Part shown: piece after piece, positions 36,505 through 45,800 of the stretch
Numbering within the stretch: the stretch's first letter is position 1
Layout of the letters: every line of letters starts with the position of its first letter
Virus record (IMG/VR): IMGVR_UViG_3300017731_000001
Source: a virus
DNA length: 64,000 nucleotides
Reading direction: 5' to 3' (one strand)
Notes under the pieces: generated by a model
Database searches by the model: none
What the model saw: only the letters and a program-made list of their open reading frames with translations
Told to the model about the DNA's origin: nothing
Position numbers and translations under genes: made by a program

Positions 36505-36720
36505 ATGCAAACCTACACCGACCCTTGCACCTATGCCATGCAAAGTGACATGCGCCAACTGAAAGAGATGATCGCATCAGACCTTGCAAACTACATGTTG
36601 GAGATGATGCCTCCCCTTGATATGTGTGTCGATTGGGTATGTGATCGTTTTGCATTGGATGCAACCGACGAACTGATAGATTTCGTTGCTGATTGTCATG
36701 ATGAGTTCTTCGGTAACTGA
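36505..36720 (+). CDS. Hypothetical protein
   Basis: MQTYTDPCTY...; start moved downstream of the promoter. Confidence 0.7.
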   Translation: MQTYTDPCTYAMQSDMRQLKEMIASDLANYMLEMMPPLDMCVDWVCDRFALDATDELIDFVADCHDEFFGN

Positions 36721-36729
36721 TTCAAACCT

Positions 36730-36837
36730 ATGAAATTCACCATCGTTAAGTTCAAAGGTCGTTGGGTCAAAGTATCCAACAAACTATCACCTCCGACTGA
36801 ATGGGTTACAGTCATCAACAAAGCAAACCTTAAGTAA
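36730..36837 (+). CDS. Small basic peptide (35 aa)
   Basis: MKFTIVKFKGRWVKVSNKLSPPTEWVTVINKANLK; ends in TAAGTAACAC. Confidence 0.55.
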   Translation: MKFTIVKFKGRWVKVSNKLSPPTEWVTVINKANLK

Positions 36838-36846
36838 CACAAACTC

Positions 36847-36978
36847 ATGCGTATCTGTCTTTCTGCCATTGTTATTTTGTTGGGTGCTAATCTTCTCATC
36901 GATCTGCTGGATTCTGATATGGTACAAATTATGCAAGAACGTAACGAAACAATCCAGCGCAGCATAGACCGCATGTGA
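36847..36978 (+). CDS. Small membrane/signal-anchored peptide (43 aa)
   Basis: MRICLSAIVILLGANLLIDLL...; stop lies inside the next palindrome. Confidence 0.6.
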   Translation: MRICLSAIVILLGANLLIDLLDSDMVQIMQERNETIQRSIDRM

Positions 36979-37031
36979 CAGTCGGACTAGTGCCACACGA
37001 TTTTGGCACGACCCTCAAAACCGTGTATTGT
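36975..37031 (+). promoter_or_regulatory. Early-promoter element GTGACAGT-CGGACT-AGTGCCAC ... TATTGT
   Basis: Repeated motif family; shares GGCAC...CCTCAAAACCGTGTATTGT with the two 88-bp repeat copies. Confidence 0.8.
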
Positions 37032-37084
37032 ATAGAAGTGGAGGGGACAACGCCCGCCACACGCTCTAAACCTCTTCTCTTCTC

Positions 37085-37411
37085 ATGCGTAAAATCGAAA
37101 CCCAGATGAACGTCGCAGTCCAGGCGAACCAGAACTGGACCTCCGGCAACACCAGCGTTTTGACAGAGGACGGCATCTCCAAAGTCTATCTCCATGGCAA
37201 CCTGATCGCTGAGGTTGATGAAGATTCAATGAAACTCTACGACGGCGGTTTCCAGTCCAATACCACCAAATCTCGTCTCAACGCTCTCTGTGATGCGTTC
37301 GGTTATTCTGGCGAAGGCGTATTCCAGAAGAACTGGACCTGGTTCGTCCGTCTCTGGACTGGCACCGAATTCCATACCACTGAGTTCCGGAACGGTATGC
37401 GCCTCGCCTGA
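37085..37411 (+). CDS. Conserved-type cyanophage early protein
   Basis: MRKIETQM...VYLHGNLIA...TTKSRLNAL...VFQK.W.W; strongly C-ending codons. Confidence 0.8.
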   Translation: MRKIETQMNVAVQANQNWTSGNTSVLTEDGISKVYLHGNLIAEVDEDSMKLYDGGFQSNTTKSRLNALCDAFGYSGEGVFQKNWTWFVRLWTGTEFHTTEFRNGMRLA

Positions 37412-37452
37412 TACAAATCTCCCTCTAATCCTTCAAAATCCTAATTCACAAC

Positions 37453-38364
37453 ATGACAAAAAACCTTCACATCGAACATCCCGAAGACACAATCCTTACC
37501 GGAGATACTTCGTTTTTGGTATCTCTCAAACTGAAGGGTGATTTATCAGTGAAGATTGATGGTGCTCCGGCAATCGTTTGGGGGACCAATCCTGCATCGG
37601 GTGAGTTCTTCGTTGGGACCAAATCCGTATTCAACAAAGTAAAGATCAAAATCAACGAATCGCATCAGGACATCGATGCAAACCACACGGGAGAGGTTGC
37701 AACAATTCTGCATAAGTGCTTCGACTATCTACCACGGGTCGGGGGTATTATTCAGGGGGACTTCATCGGATTCGGTGGGTCTGATGAATACACACCGAAC
37801 ACAATCACGTATCAATTCGATGATACCGTAGAAGAGGAAATCATCGTGGCACCTCATACGCTCTACACGGCAGAATCCGACCTACGTGATGCCGTGGCAG
37901 AACCGCTAAGGTTTATGATTACCGATACAGTTTATTGTAAGTTCGTGTTCCCTAAGGCATATATCTGGAGCGGGTATTATGATGACGGATTGGATCAGTT
38001 TGAGATGCCTCCCGTCATAGACTTGATTCGTCAGGTGTATGATAAGACAACATTCGTAAGTGATAGAGACGCCGCACAGATTAAGCAAAATGTGAATAAG
38101 TCAATTCGCGAAGGTTATCCTATGACGAATGAGGACTTCATGGGCAATGAGTCACTTATGCACCTCTACGGGTTGATGATAGTTTTGAAAGAAGAGTTGA
38201 TGAATCAGTGCCGCAATGTAGGTCCTGAGGCATACCTAGGTCAGGATAGAATCGATGGTGAGGGTTATGTTTATTCCACTGAGTTAGGTACATATAAGTT
38301 GGTTAATCGTCAGCAGTTTTCTGTTGCTAACTTCAACAACACTAAGTTCACAACAGTCTCATAA
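37453..38364 (+). CDS. Ligase-like nucleotidyltransferase-fold protein
   Basis: KIDG (motif I KxDG), QGDF (III-like), EGYV (IV), YKLV (V). Confidence 0.55.
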   Translation: MTKNLHIEHPEDTILTGDTSFLVSLKLKGDLSVKIDGAPAIVWGTNPASGEFFVGTKSVFNKVKIKINESHQDIDANHTGEVATILHKCFDYLPRVGGIIQGDFIGFGGSDEYTPNTITYQFDDTVEEEIIVAPHTLYTAESDLRDAVAEPLRFMITDTVYCKFVFPKAYIWSGYYDDGLDQFEMPPVIDLIRQVYDKTTFVSDRDAAQIKQNVNKSIREGYPMTNEDFMGNESLMHLYGLMIVLKEELMNQCRNVGPEAYLGQDRIDGEGYVYSTELGTYKLVNRQQFSVANFNNTKFTTVS

Positions 38365-38386
38365 TCAGTCGTTCGTGAATACAGCA

Positions 38387-38413
38387 GTCCCCCCGTTTAA
38401 GGGGGGGCGTTTA
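38387..38413 (+). terminator. GC-rich hairpin, probable terminator closing the early region
   Basis: GTCCCCCC-GTTTAA-GGGGGGGC followed by a weak T tract. Confidence 0.5.
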
Positions 38414-38523
38414 TAAAAACCCATGACTCCCCTAACCTACAAAGGTTTCCAAGAGCGCGATAAAATTCCAAGGCACATAAAATTTTTTTTCGCTATATAA
38501 AATCAAGTGTAAGGTTCGCGTAT

Positions 38524-38700
38524 ATGCAAAAAAATTCCGAGAAAATTTTTAGTGAAGTAGAGGTCGATCCTGTGACTGGGGATTATTATGTAACGGTGCC
38601 CGAAGTAATTTTGAATGAGATGCAATGGTATGAGGGCACTACTTTAAGGTGGTTAGTGGATGGAGATGAGATTGTTTTAGCAGAAGAAAAGAGTCCTTGA
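38524..38700 (+). CDS. AbrB/MazE-like small DNA-binding protein (58 aa)
   Basis: GDYYVTVPEVILNEMQWYEGTTLRW.VDGDEIVL, a swapped-hairpin pattern. Confidence 0.7.
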   Translation: MQKNSEKIFSEVEVDPVTGDYYVTVPEVILNEMQWYEGTTLRWLVDGDEIVLAEEKSP

Positions 38701-38725
38701 CAATCGCTATATAATGTTGTATGAT
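38697..38725 (+). promoter_or_regulatory. Sigma70-like promoter TTGACA-N17-TATGAT
   Basis: Near-consensus upstream of the glycosyltransferase. Confidence 0.7.
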
Positions 38726-38747
38726 TCGAAAGTAAATTGTTATTCTT

Positions 38748-39500
38748 ATGGCAAAGGGATTCACAGTAAAGGCAAAAACGCCGGTCAAAAAAACTGCAGA
38801 GTGGGATTATGATAAAGCAAAAGAGATGGTAAGAGGAAAGGCAATTGTCTTTTGTCTTCCAGGGAGAGGATGTTCTTATGCTTATCTAAAGAATTTCGTA
38901 CAACTTTGTTTTGACTTAGTACAATCGGGAGCAAGCATCCAGATTTCGCAGGACTATTCGTCCATGGTTAACTTTGCAAGGTGCAAGTGTCTTGGAGCAA
39001 ATGTATTGCGTGGTCCGGACCAATTGCCCTGGGACGGAAAATTAAAGTATGATTATCAGTTATGGATTGATAGTGATATTATTTTTAATACTGAGAAGTT
39101 TTGGCAATTGGTTCTAATGGATCAAGACATTGCATCCGGATGGTATGCCACAGAAGATGGTAGAACGACCTCAGTAGCACACTGGATGGAAGAGGATGAT
39201 TTCCGTAATAATGGCGGTGTGATGAATCATGAAACGGTTGAGAGTATTTCAAAGCGCAGATCTCCATTCACCGTAGATTATGCCGGATTTGGATGGTTAC
39301 TCATCAAGCACGGAGTCTGGGAGAATAGTGAGATGAAGTATCCATGGTTTGCTCCGAAGATGCAAGTCTTCGAGAGTGGCGAAGTACAGGATATGTGTGG
39401 AGAGGATGTCTCATTCTGCCTTGATGCAAAGGAGGCAGGTTTCGAGATTTGGTGTGATCCTCGTGTTCGCGTTGGGCACGAAAAGATGCGAGTAATCTAA
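38748..39500 (+). CDS. GT-A fold glycosyltransferase-like protein
   Basis: LWIDSD (DxD), GFGWLLIK, GEDVSFC...GFEIWCDP...VGHEK. Confidence 0.8.
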   Translation: MAKGFTVKAKTPVKKTAEWDYDKAKEMVRGKAIVFCLPGRGCSYAYLKNFVQLCFDLVQSGASIQISQDYSSMVNFARCKCLGANVLRGPDQLPWDGKLKYDYQLWIDSDIIFNTEKFWQLVLMDQDIASGWYATEDGRTTSVAHWMEEDDFRNNGGVMNHETVESISKRRSPFTVDYAGFGWLLIKHGVWENSEMKYPWFAPKMQVFESGEVQDMCGEDVSFCLDAKEAGFEIWCDPRVRVGHEKMRVI

Positions 39501-39501
39501 G

Positions 39502-39663
39502 ATGGCACGTCAGGAATTTTATAGAATTCTTGTAGATGATAAAATTCTTTATGATCAATTGAGCACTGAAGAATTTTTTGATAAGATAGAGGACCTGTCC
39601 ATAGAATTTTATGAGACAGGTCAATCAGGTAACATTAGAACTGAAATTATTATTGAGGAATAA
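39502..39663 (+). CDS. Small hypothetical protein (53 aa)
   Basis: MARQEFYRIL...LSTEEFFDKIEDLSIEFYETG. Confidence 0.65.
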   Translation: MARQEFYRILVDDKILYDQLSTEEFFDKIEDLSIEFYETGQSGNIRTEIIIEE

Positions 39664-39671
39664 GGAGTCTT

Positions 39672-39821
39672 ATGGCAGTACGATCAAAGGTTGGTTTAAA
39701 TGGTGAAAGAAACATTGAATCAAAACCGAAAAAAACTCGTCAAGGTAGTGGTAAGAACACGACGTATTCTGCAACATCCAGAAACGCGGCTCGTAAAAAG
39801 TATAGAGGTCAGGGAAGATAA
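39672..39821 (+). CDS. Small basic protein (49 aa)
   Basis: PKKTRQGSGK...SRN...KKYRGQGR; SD AAGGAG. Confidence 0.75.
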   Translation: MAVRSKVGLNGERNIESKPKKTRQGSGKNTTYSATSRNAARKKYRGQGR

Positions 39822-39850
39822 TAGATAGTATTAACTATTAAACTTTCTTC

Positions 39851-40525
39851 ATGTCTTGTTTGATCTCAAATTTACCTGCCTATGAAGTATGGGTAAGAAA
39901 AGAATATCTCACCGATCATCAAAGTGGTCATGGTGAATTTGTAAAGGGCGTCTGGGTATCGGTTAAATCGATGCCTGGGCGTGCTTTTTATTTTGAAACG
40001 TACTTACCAGAGTATGCCGCAATGTATGATAAGTTACCTATAAGCGCGTTTGTCTCGTCTCCGGAAAAACCAACTCCTGATATGACACTTCATAATCTAC
40101 AATTTTGGAACTGTATGGATTATGGTGTTACAACAATTCAAAAGCAATTCATTGGTTCAATGCATTTTGAAGTTTATACTCGTGATTATGGAACTCAAAC
40201 GGGCACTTATGTTTGCACGATCGATAATTATCATCAAGATGCTGATGCAATTGATTATTCGACCAGTGAAAATCCATCAGAACACAAGTCTCATAACCTA
40301 ATTGAACTTGATAATGGGCAGTTCTGTCTCTATCCAAATAATAGAACTCGTATTTTTGATAATAGTCTGACACCAGAGACGCCAAAGATTCCAGATTTTA
40401 AAGTTTCGACTGTTTATTACCAGGTAGAAAATGGTCATGATCGTGATGGACTTGGTAATGATGACAATTATTTTTGGAAAACTGCCAAAGAACATAAAAC
40501 CGAGGATCAAATTCCTAATTATTAA
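39851..40525 (+). CDS. Conserved-type cyanophage hypothetical protein
   Basis: 224-aa ORF upstream of gp25. Confidence 0.75.
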   Translation: MSCLISNLPAYEVWVRKEYLTDHQSGHGEFVKGVWVSVKSMPGRAFYFETYLPEYAAMYDKLPISAFVSSPEKPTPDMTLHNLQFWNCMDYGVTTIQKQFIGSMHFEVYTRDYGTQTGTYVCTIDNYHQDADAIDYSTSENPSEHKSHNLIELDNGQFCLYPNNRTRIFDNSLTPETPKIPDFKVSTVYYQVENGHDRDGLGNDDNYFWKTAKEHKTEDQIPNY

Positions 40526-40527
40526 GT

Positions 40528-40535
40528 TATAAATA
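40528..40535 (+). promoter_or_regulatory. T4-type late promoter TATAAATA
   Basis: Exact consensus before gp25. Confidence 0.85.
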
Positions 40536-40553
40536 AAGAAAAACTCCTTGTCA

Positions 40554-40955
40554 ATGGCCATTCAAAGGATATCAAGAGCATTTAAAGATATTAGTTTGTC
40601 TTTTGACGCACATCCTATCACCAAAGATCTACAAATATTAAAAAATGAGAACGCGATTCGTAGATCCGTAAGAAATATAGTAGAAACTATCCCCACTGAA
40701 AGATTTTTTAATTCCTTATTAGGATCTGAAGTGAGAAGTAGTCTCTTCGAATTTGTTGATTTTGGTACTGCATCAGTAATTCAAAATCAAATAGAGATTG
40801 CACTTGAAAACTTTGAACCAAGAATTGATAACGTACAGGTCCAGGTTGATCCTTTTCCGGATAGGAATACCTTTAATGCTACAATCATCTTTGATATCAT
40901 CGGACAAGAGTTTCCAACTCAAGAATTTTCTTTCCTATTAGAGGCAACGAGATAA
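40554..40955 (+). CDS. gp25: Baseplate wedge subunit gp25
   Basis: FKDISLSF..HP...AIRRSVRNIV.T...ERFF...FEPRI. Confidence 0.92.
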   Translation: MAIQRISRAFKDISLSFDAHPITKDLQILKNENAIRRSVRNIVETIPTERFFNSLLGSEVRSSLFEFVDFGTASVIQNQIEIALENFEPRIDNVQVQVDPFPDRNTFNATIIFDIIGQEFPTQEFSFLLEATR

Positions 40956-40956
40956 T

Positions 40957-42867
40957 ATGCCTTTTACTAAGTATACAAATCTAGATTTTGATCAAATAAA
41001 AACATCCATCAAGGATTATCTTCGTGCAAATTCAACTTTCACCGATTTTGATTTTGAGGGATCTAACTTTTCTGTCTTAATAGACACTCTAGCATATAAC
41101 ACATATATCACAGCATTCAACTCAAATATGATTGTGAATGAATCCTTTTTGGATTCTGCCACTCTCAGAGAGAATGTTGTTTCATTAGCAAGAAATATTG
41201 GTTATGTACCCCGCTCTAGAACCTCTGCAAGGGCACAAATATCATTTTCAATACAAAGACCCGATGGAGATTCATCTGCTCAGGTGACGCTTCAGAGAGG
41301 TCTTGTATGCACAGGCACTTCTGCTAATACTTCATACGTATTTTCAATACCCGAGGACCTTACTAGAGGTTTTGTTAATGGAGTTGCAACTTTTGATAAT
41401 ATTGAAATTTATGAAGGCACATATTTAACCAAACAATTCTTATATGATGGTTCTCTCGATCAAAAATTTATCATTGATAATTCATTTGTCGATACCTCTA
41501 CCTTAAAAGTTTATATCAAAAAAGAAAATGATATAGGAATTGGGATCGAATACTCTTTAGTTGATAATATTGTTAATGTAACTCCAAGTTCTCAGATTTA
41601 TCTTCTTCAAGAGATACAAGATGAAAAATATCAATTGCTTTTTGGTGATGGATTAATAGGAAAAAAACTTGGAACCGATCAAAATTCCGATGGTAATATA
41701 ATTGTTGCCAATTATATTATATCAAATGGGATTGAAGGCAATGGAGTATCTAATTTCTCCATGGCTGGAAGTTTTTTGACATCAGAAAACAACAATATCA
41801 ATCCATCTAATATAACAATCACGTTAAATCGTGCATCTCAGAATGGATCTGAAATTGAATCTATTGATTCAGTTAGATATTACGCTCCAAAGATATATTC
41901 TGCACAATCTAGAGCAGTAACGGGTCGTGATTATGAGGCAATTATTAAGAGCATTTATCCAGATACAGAATCTGTTGCCGTGGTTGGTGGAGAAGAGATG
42001 GTTCCTCCACAATTTGGTACTGTAAATATCAGCATTAAACCAAAAAATGGAACTTTTGTCTCTGATTTTAATAAATCTAGAATTTTATCACAATTAAAAC
42101 AATATACTGTCTCTGGAATAAACCAAAAAATAACAGATCTCAAAATTTTATATGTTGAAATTGATTCTTCAGTTTATTATGACTATTCAAGAATATCAAC
42201 TGCCGAAACTTTGAAAACAAGAGTGTTGGATACCCTTAAAACGTACTCAAATTCTTTAGAAATTAACAAATTTGGAGGAAGATTTAGATATAGTAAAATT
42301 CAACAAATTATTGACAATACTAATACTTCTATAACTTCTAATATTACTAAGGTTAGGATTAGAAGAGATTTAAAAGCAATTATAAATCAATTTGCACAGT
42401 ATGAATTGTGTTATGGAAATAGATTTCATATAAATTCAACTGGATATAACATTAAATCGACAGGATTTAGAATTGCATCTGATCCTGATGTTGTTTATTT
42501 GACAGATATTCCCAATTCTGATGGAATGACAGGAATTTTGTCAATTGTAAAACCAGTTAGTAATGAATCGACAAGAGTTGTTGTAAAATCAGCAGGAACT
42601 GTTGATTATATTAAAGGTGAACTTAATATTAACACTATAAAAATTACTTCAACAGAAAAACAAAACAATATTATTGAAATTCAGGCATTCCCAGAGTCAA
42701 ATGATGTGGTTGGATTGAAAGATTTATATCTTAATTTTAACATCTCAGCAAGTTCAATAAATATGGTGAAGGATGTTATTTCATCAGGAGACGAAATATC
42801 GGGAACGGTATTTAATAGAGACTATTACACATCAAGTTACTTAAACGGGAATTTAATAAGAGAGTAG
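40957..42867 (+). CDS. gp6: Baseplate wedge subunit gp6
   Basis: LDFDQIK...FTDFDFEGS...LAYNTY...NESFLDSATLRENVVSLA; RAVT..DYE. Confidence 0.93.
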   Translation: MPFTKYTNLDFDQIKTSIKDYLRANSTFTDFDFEGSNFSVLIDTLAYNTYITAFNSNMIVNESFLDSATLRENVVSLARNIGYVPRSRTSARAQISFSIQRPDGDSSAQVTLQRGLVCTGTSANTSYVFSIPEDLTRGFVNGVATFDNIEIYEGTYLTKQFLYDGSLDQKFIIDNSFVDTSTLKVYIKKENDIGIGIEYSLVDNIVNVTPSSQIYLLQEIQDEKYQLLFGDGLIGKKLGTDQNSDGNIIVANYIISNGIEGNGVSNFSMAGSFLTSENNNINPSNITITLNRASQNGSEIESIDSVRYYAPKIYSAQSRAVTGRDYEAIIKSIYPDTESVAVVGGEEMVPPQFGTVNISIKPKNGTFVSDFNKSRILSQLKQYTVSGINQKITDLKILYVEIDSSVYYDYSRISTAETLKTRVLDTLKTYSNSLEINKFGGRFRYSKIQQIIDNTNTSITSNITKVRIRRDLKAIINQFAQYELCYGNRFHINSTGYNIKSTGFRIASDPDVVYLTDIPNSDGMTGILSIVKPVSNESTRVVVKSAGTVDYIKGELNINTIKITSTEKQNNIIEIQAFPESNDVVGLKDLYLNFNISASSINMVKDVISSGDEISGTVFNRDYYTSSYLNGNLIRE

Positions 42868-42868
42868 T

Positions 42869-45800
42869 ATGATACAGACTGGATTTGAATCTAAAGTCAA
42901 GATTCAACAAATTATTGACAATCAACTTCCTGAGTTCATTTTGGATGAAAATCCAAAAACAGTAGAATTTTTAAAGCAATATTATATTTCTCAGGAATAT
43001 CAAGGCGGACCAGTTGATATTGTTGATAATTTGGATCAATATCTAAAATTAGATAATCTGACTCCAGAAGTTATAGTTGATAGCACCTATGCCACTTCAG
43101 GAATCTCTTCTACGGATACTACAATCGCCGTAAATAGCACTAAAGGATTCCCAAGTCAATATGGTCTATTTAAGATTAATAATGAGGTTATAACCTATAC
43201 TGGAATCACTACAAATTCATTCACTGGATGTCAACGTGGATTTAGTGGGATTACTTCATACCATAGTGAATTAAATCAAGAGGAACTTGTATTTTCTGAT
43301 ACCTCAAAAGAAAACCATAATGAAGATGCAACAGTATATAATTTAAGTTCTTTATTTTTAAGAGATTTTTATAAAAAATTAAAATATACTTTTGCTCCTG
43401 GATTAGAAGATGTTGATTTTGCAAAAGAATTAAATGCTGGAAATTTTATAAAAGAAGCAAAATCTTTTTATCAATCGAAAGGAACTGACGAATCATTTAG
43501 AATTTTATTTAATGTTTTATATGGAGCAACACCAAGAGTAGTAAATTTAGAAGATTATTTAATTAAACCATCTTCTGCAGAGTATCTCAGAAGAGAAATC
43601 GCAATTGCCGAAGTAATTAGTGGAGATCCTTCAAAATTAGTAGGACAAACAATAACCAAATCTACAGATTCTGGAACTACAGCAGCAATATCTGAACTAG
43701 AACCTTTCACTAGAAATAATAAGCAATATTTTAAATTATCTCTCTTTATTGGATATGACGAATCCTCGACAATTCAGGGCAATTTTGCTATTACCCCTAG
43801 CACAAAAAATATTGAAACTGTTGCCATAGGTGCTTCTGTAATTAGTGTAGACTCTACGATTGGTTTTGCACAGACTGGAATGGTTATTTCTGGTATCAAT
43901 AGCATAACTTATTCTGATAAAACTGTTAATCAATTTATTGGATGTACTGGAGTTGCATCGACAATCTCTTCTGCAAGTAATATTAGATCCGATGAGATTT
44001 ATTTTGGTTATGAAGATGGGGATTCGGATAAAAGAGTAGAAATAAGATTAACTGGAGTATTATCTAATTTTATTCAGGTGTCCGATGATTTAAATATTTC
44101 TGAAGGTGATACAATTTCTGTCAATAATGTTGGTGATTTAATTTTAAACCCAAGTATTGGCAACAGAACATACAAAGAAATTTTTGCAAATTCATGGATA
44201 TACAATACTAGTTCATCTTATGAAATAAAAGATTTTGGTGTTAATTTATCATTAACATTAAAAAGTGAAATCGACAAATCCAGTTTAAAAGAAGGAGATA
44301 GTGTCGAAATTATAGAAAGTAGTGGTAATAATCCAGGAAAAGTAGTATTTCCTACATCATCTTCAAGTATTACTCATGTAGTTGATATTTCTCCCGATAA
44401 AAAATCAATTAGTTTAGATAATTTTACTTTTAATCCAAGTCCCAATGTAGAGTATAGTTTAAGAAGAAAAATTAATAAAGCAAGAAGTACAGGTGCTCCC
44501 ATAGAATATGGAAATTCTGCCATCTTAGGAGATGTTCAAAACGTATATACTGATAGCACAGAAAATTTTGGATATGTTGCATCTAATTCTCTACCATCTT
44601 CAACAACAGGACTTACTACATTCTTTACATATGAAATAACTAAAGAAATTAATTCTGCGTTTATAGATTCTGAAGTAAGTTTAGGAAATATTAATGAACT
44701 TAACAATTATACGACTATTACTTTTTCGGAAAATGCACCATTTCTTACTGGAGATAAAATATTATATAAACCAGATGTCGATCCTCTTGAAGGACTAGTT
44801 GAAGGATCATATTTTGTTGAAGTTCTAGCATCTAATAAAAAAACCATTAAATTATACAATTCTTCATCTTTTATAGGATCGACGGATTTTGCAACTTTTT
44901 CAGTTCCAAGTTCTGGAATGAATAAGCATACTTTTACTTTATTTGAGCAGAGAATTGGAGAAATAGGGGCACAAAAACTTCTTAAAAAATTCTCTATTCC
45001 TCCAAATAATAAAAATGGAAAAGGAGAATTGACCATACCAGGAACTACTGGTATGTTGATTAATGGTGTTGAAGTTGTAAATTATAAATCAGAAGATAAA
45101 ATTTATTATGGACCTTTAAATTCTATAAAGGTATTAAATGGTGGTAGCAATTATGATGTGATTAATTTGCCACAATTATCAGTTTCTGCTGGTTTGGGGA
45201 CAACTGCATTATGTCGTCCGGTAATTCAGGGGTCTATTGAAAGAGTTGACATCGATACTCAGGATTTTGATATTGACAATGTTACTTCAATTAAAGTAAT
45301 TGGTGGAAATGGTACTGGAGCCGATATTAGGGCAGTAGTTGGTAAAAGAGTTAGAGAAGTAAATTTTGATGGACAGTTAATATCGTCAAATGGTGGAGTA
45401 GATAACAATACAAATCAAATAACTTTCTTAACGGATCATAATTTTTCAGATGGTCAAGAAGTAATTTACGATTCTAACAGAAATACAGGAATTGGAGTTG
45501 GAATAGGAACTTCATCTCTAGTTGATGAAGGTTCTTATTTTGTAAAAATTGATAATAATACGACAGTTCAATTATTTGAATCATATGATGATTATTCTTC
45601 AAATAGTAATGTTGTAGGTCTTAGTACTCTTTATACTACGGGTATTCATAAATTTAAAACAAAGGAAAAGACTAAAACAATTTCTTCTGTTGATGTAATT
45701 AATGGTGGAAGTGGATACACTAATAGAAAATTAATTGTTTCTCCAACGGGAATAACCACATCAAATGGTTTGATTAGTTTTAAAAATCATGGATTTGCTG

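Noticed and set aside
35623-36840. CRISPR array interpretation of the TAAGTAACAC repeats
   Set aside because: Repeats are only 10-16 bp, spacing is irregular (about 200-440 bp), the intervals are ORFs, and no cas genes were seen.
35267-36996. Classical integron attC sites
   Set aside because: No RYYYAAC...GTTRRRY-bounded long imperfect hairpins and no integrase recognised in the window.
34755-38550. Inverted repeat (GCGAAATTTTTCTCG vs CGAGAAAATTTTT) bracketing 34.8-38.5 kb as an invertible or mobile segment
   Set aside because: Short, imperfect, low-complexity match; one copy is inside a coding region and no recombinase or transposase was seen.
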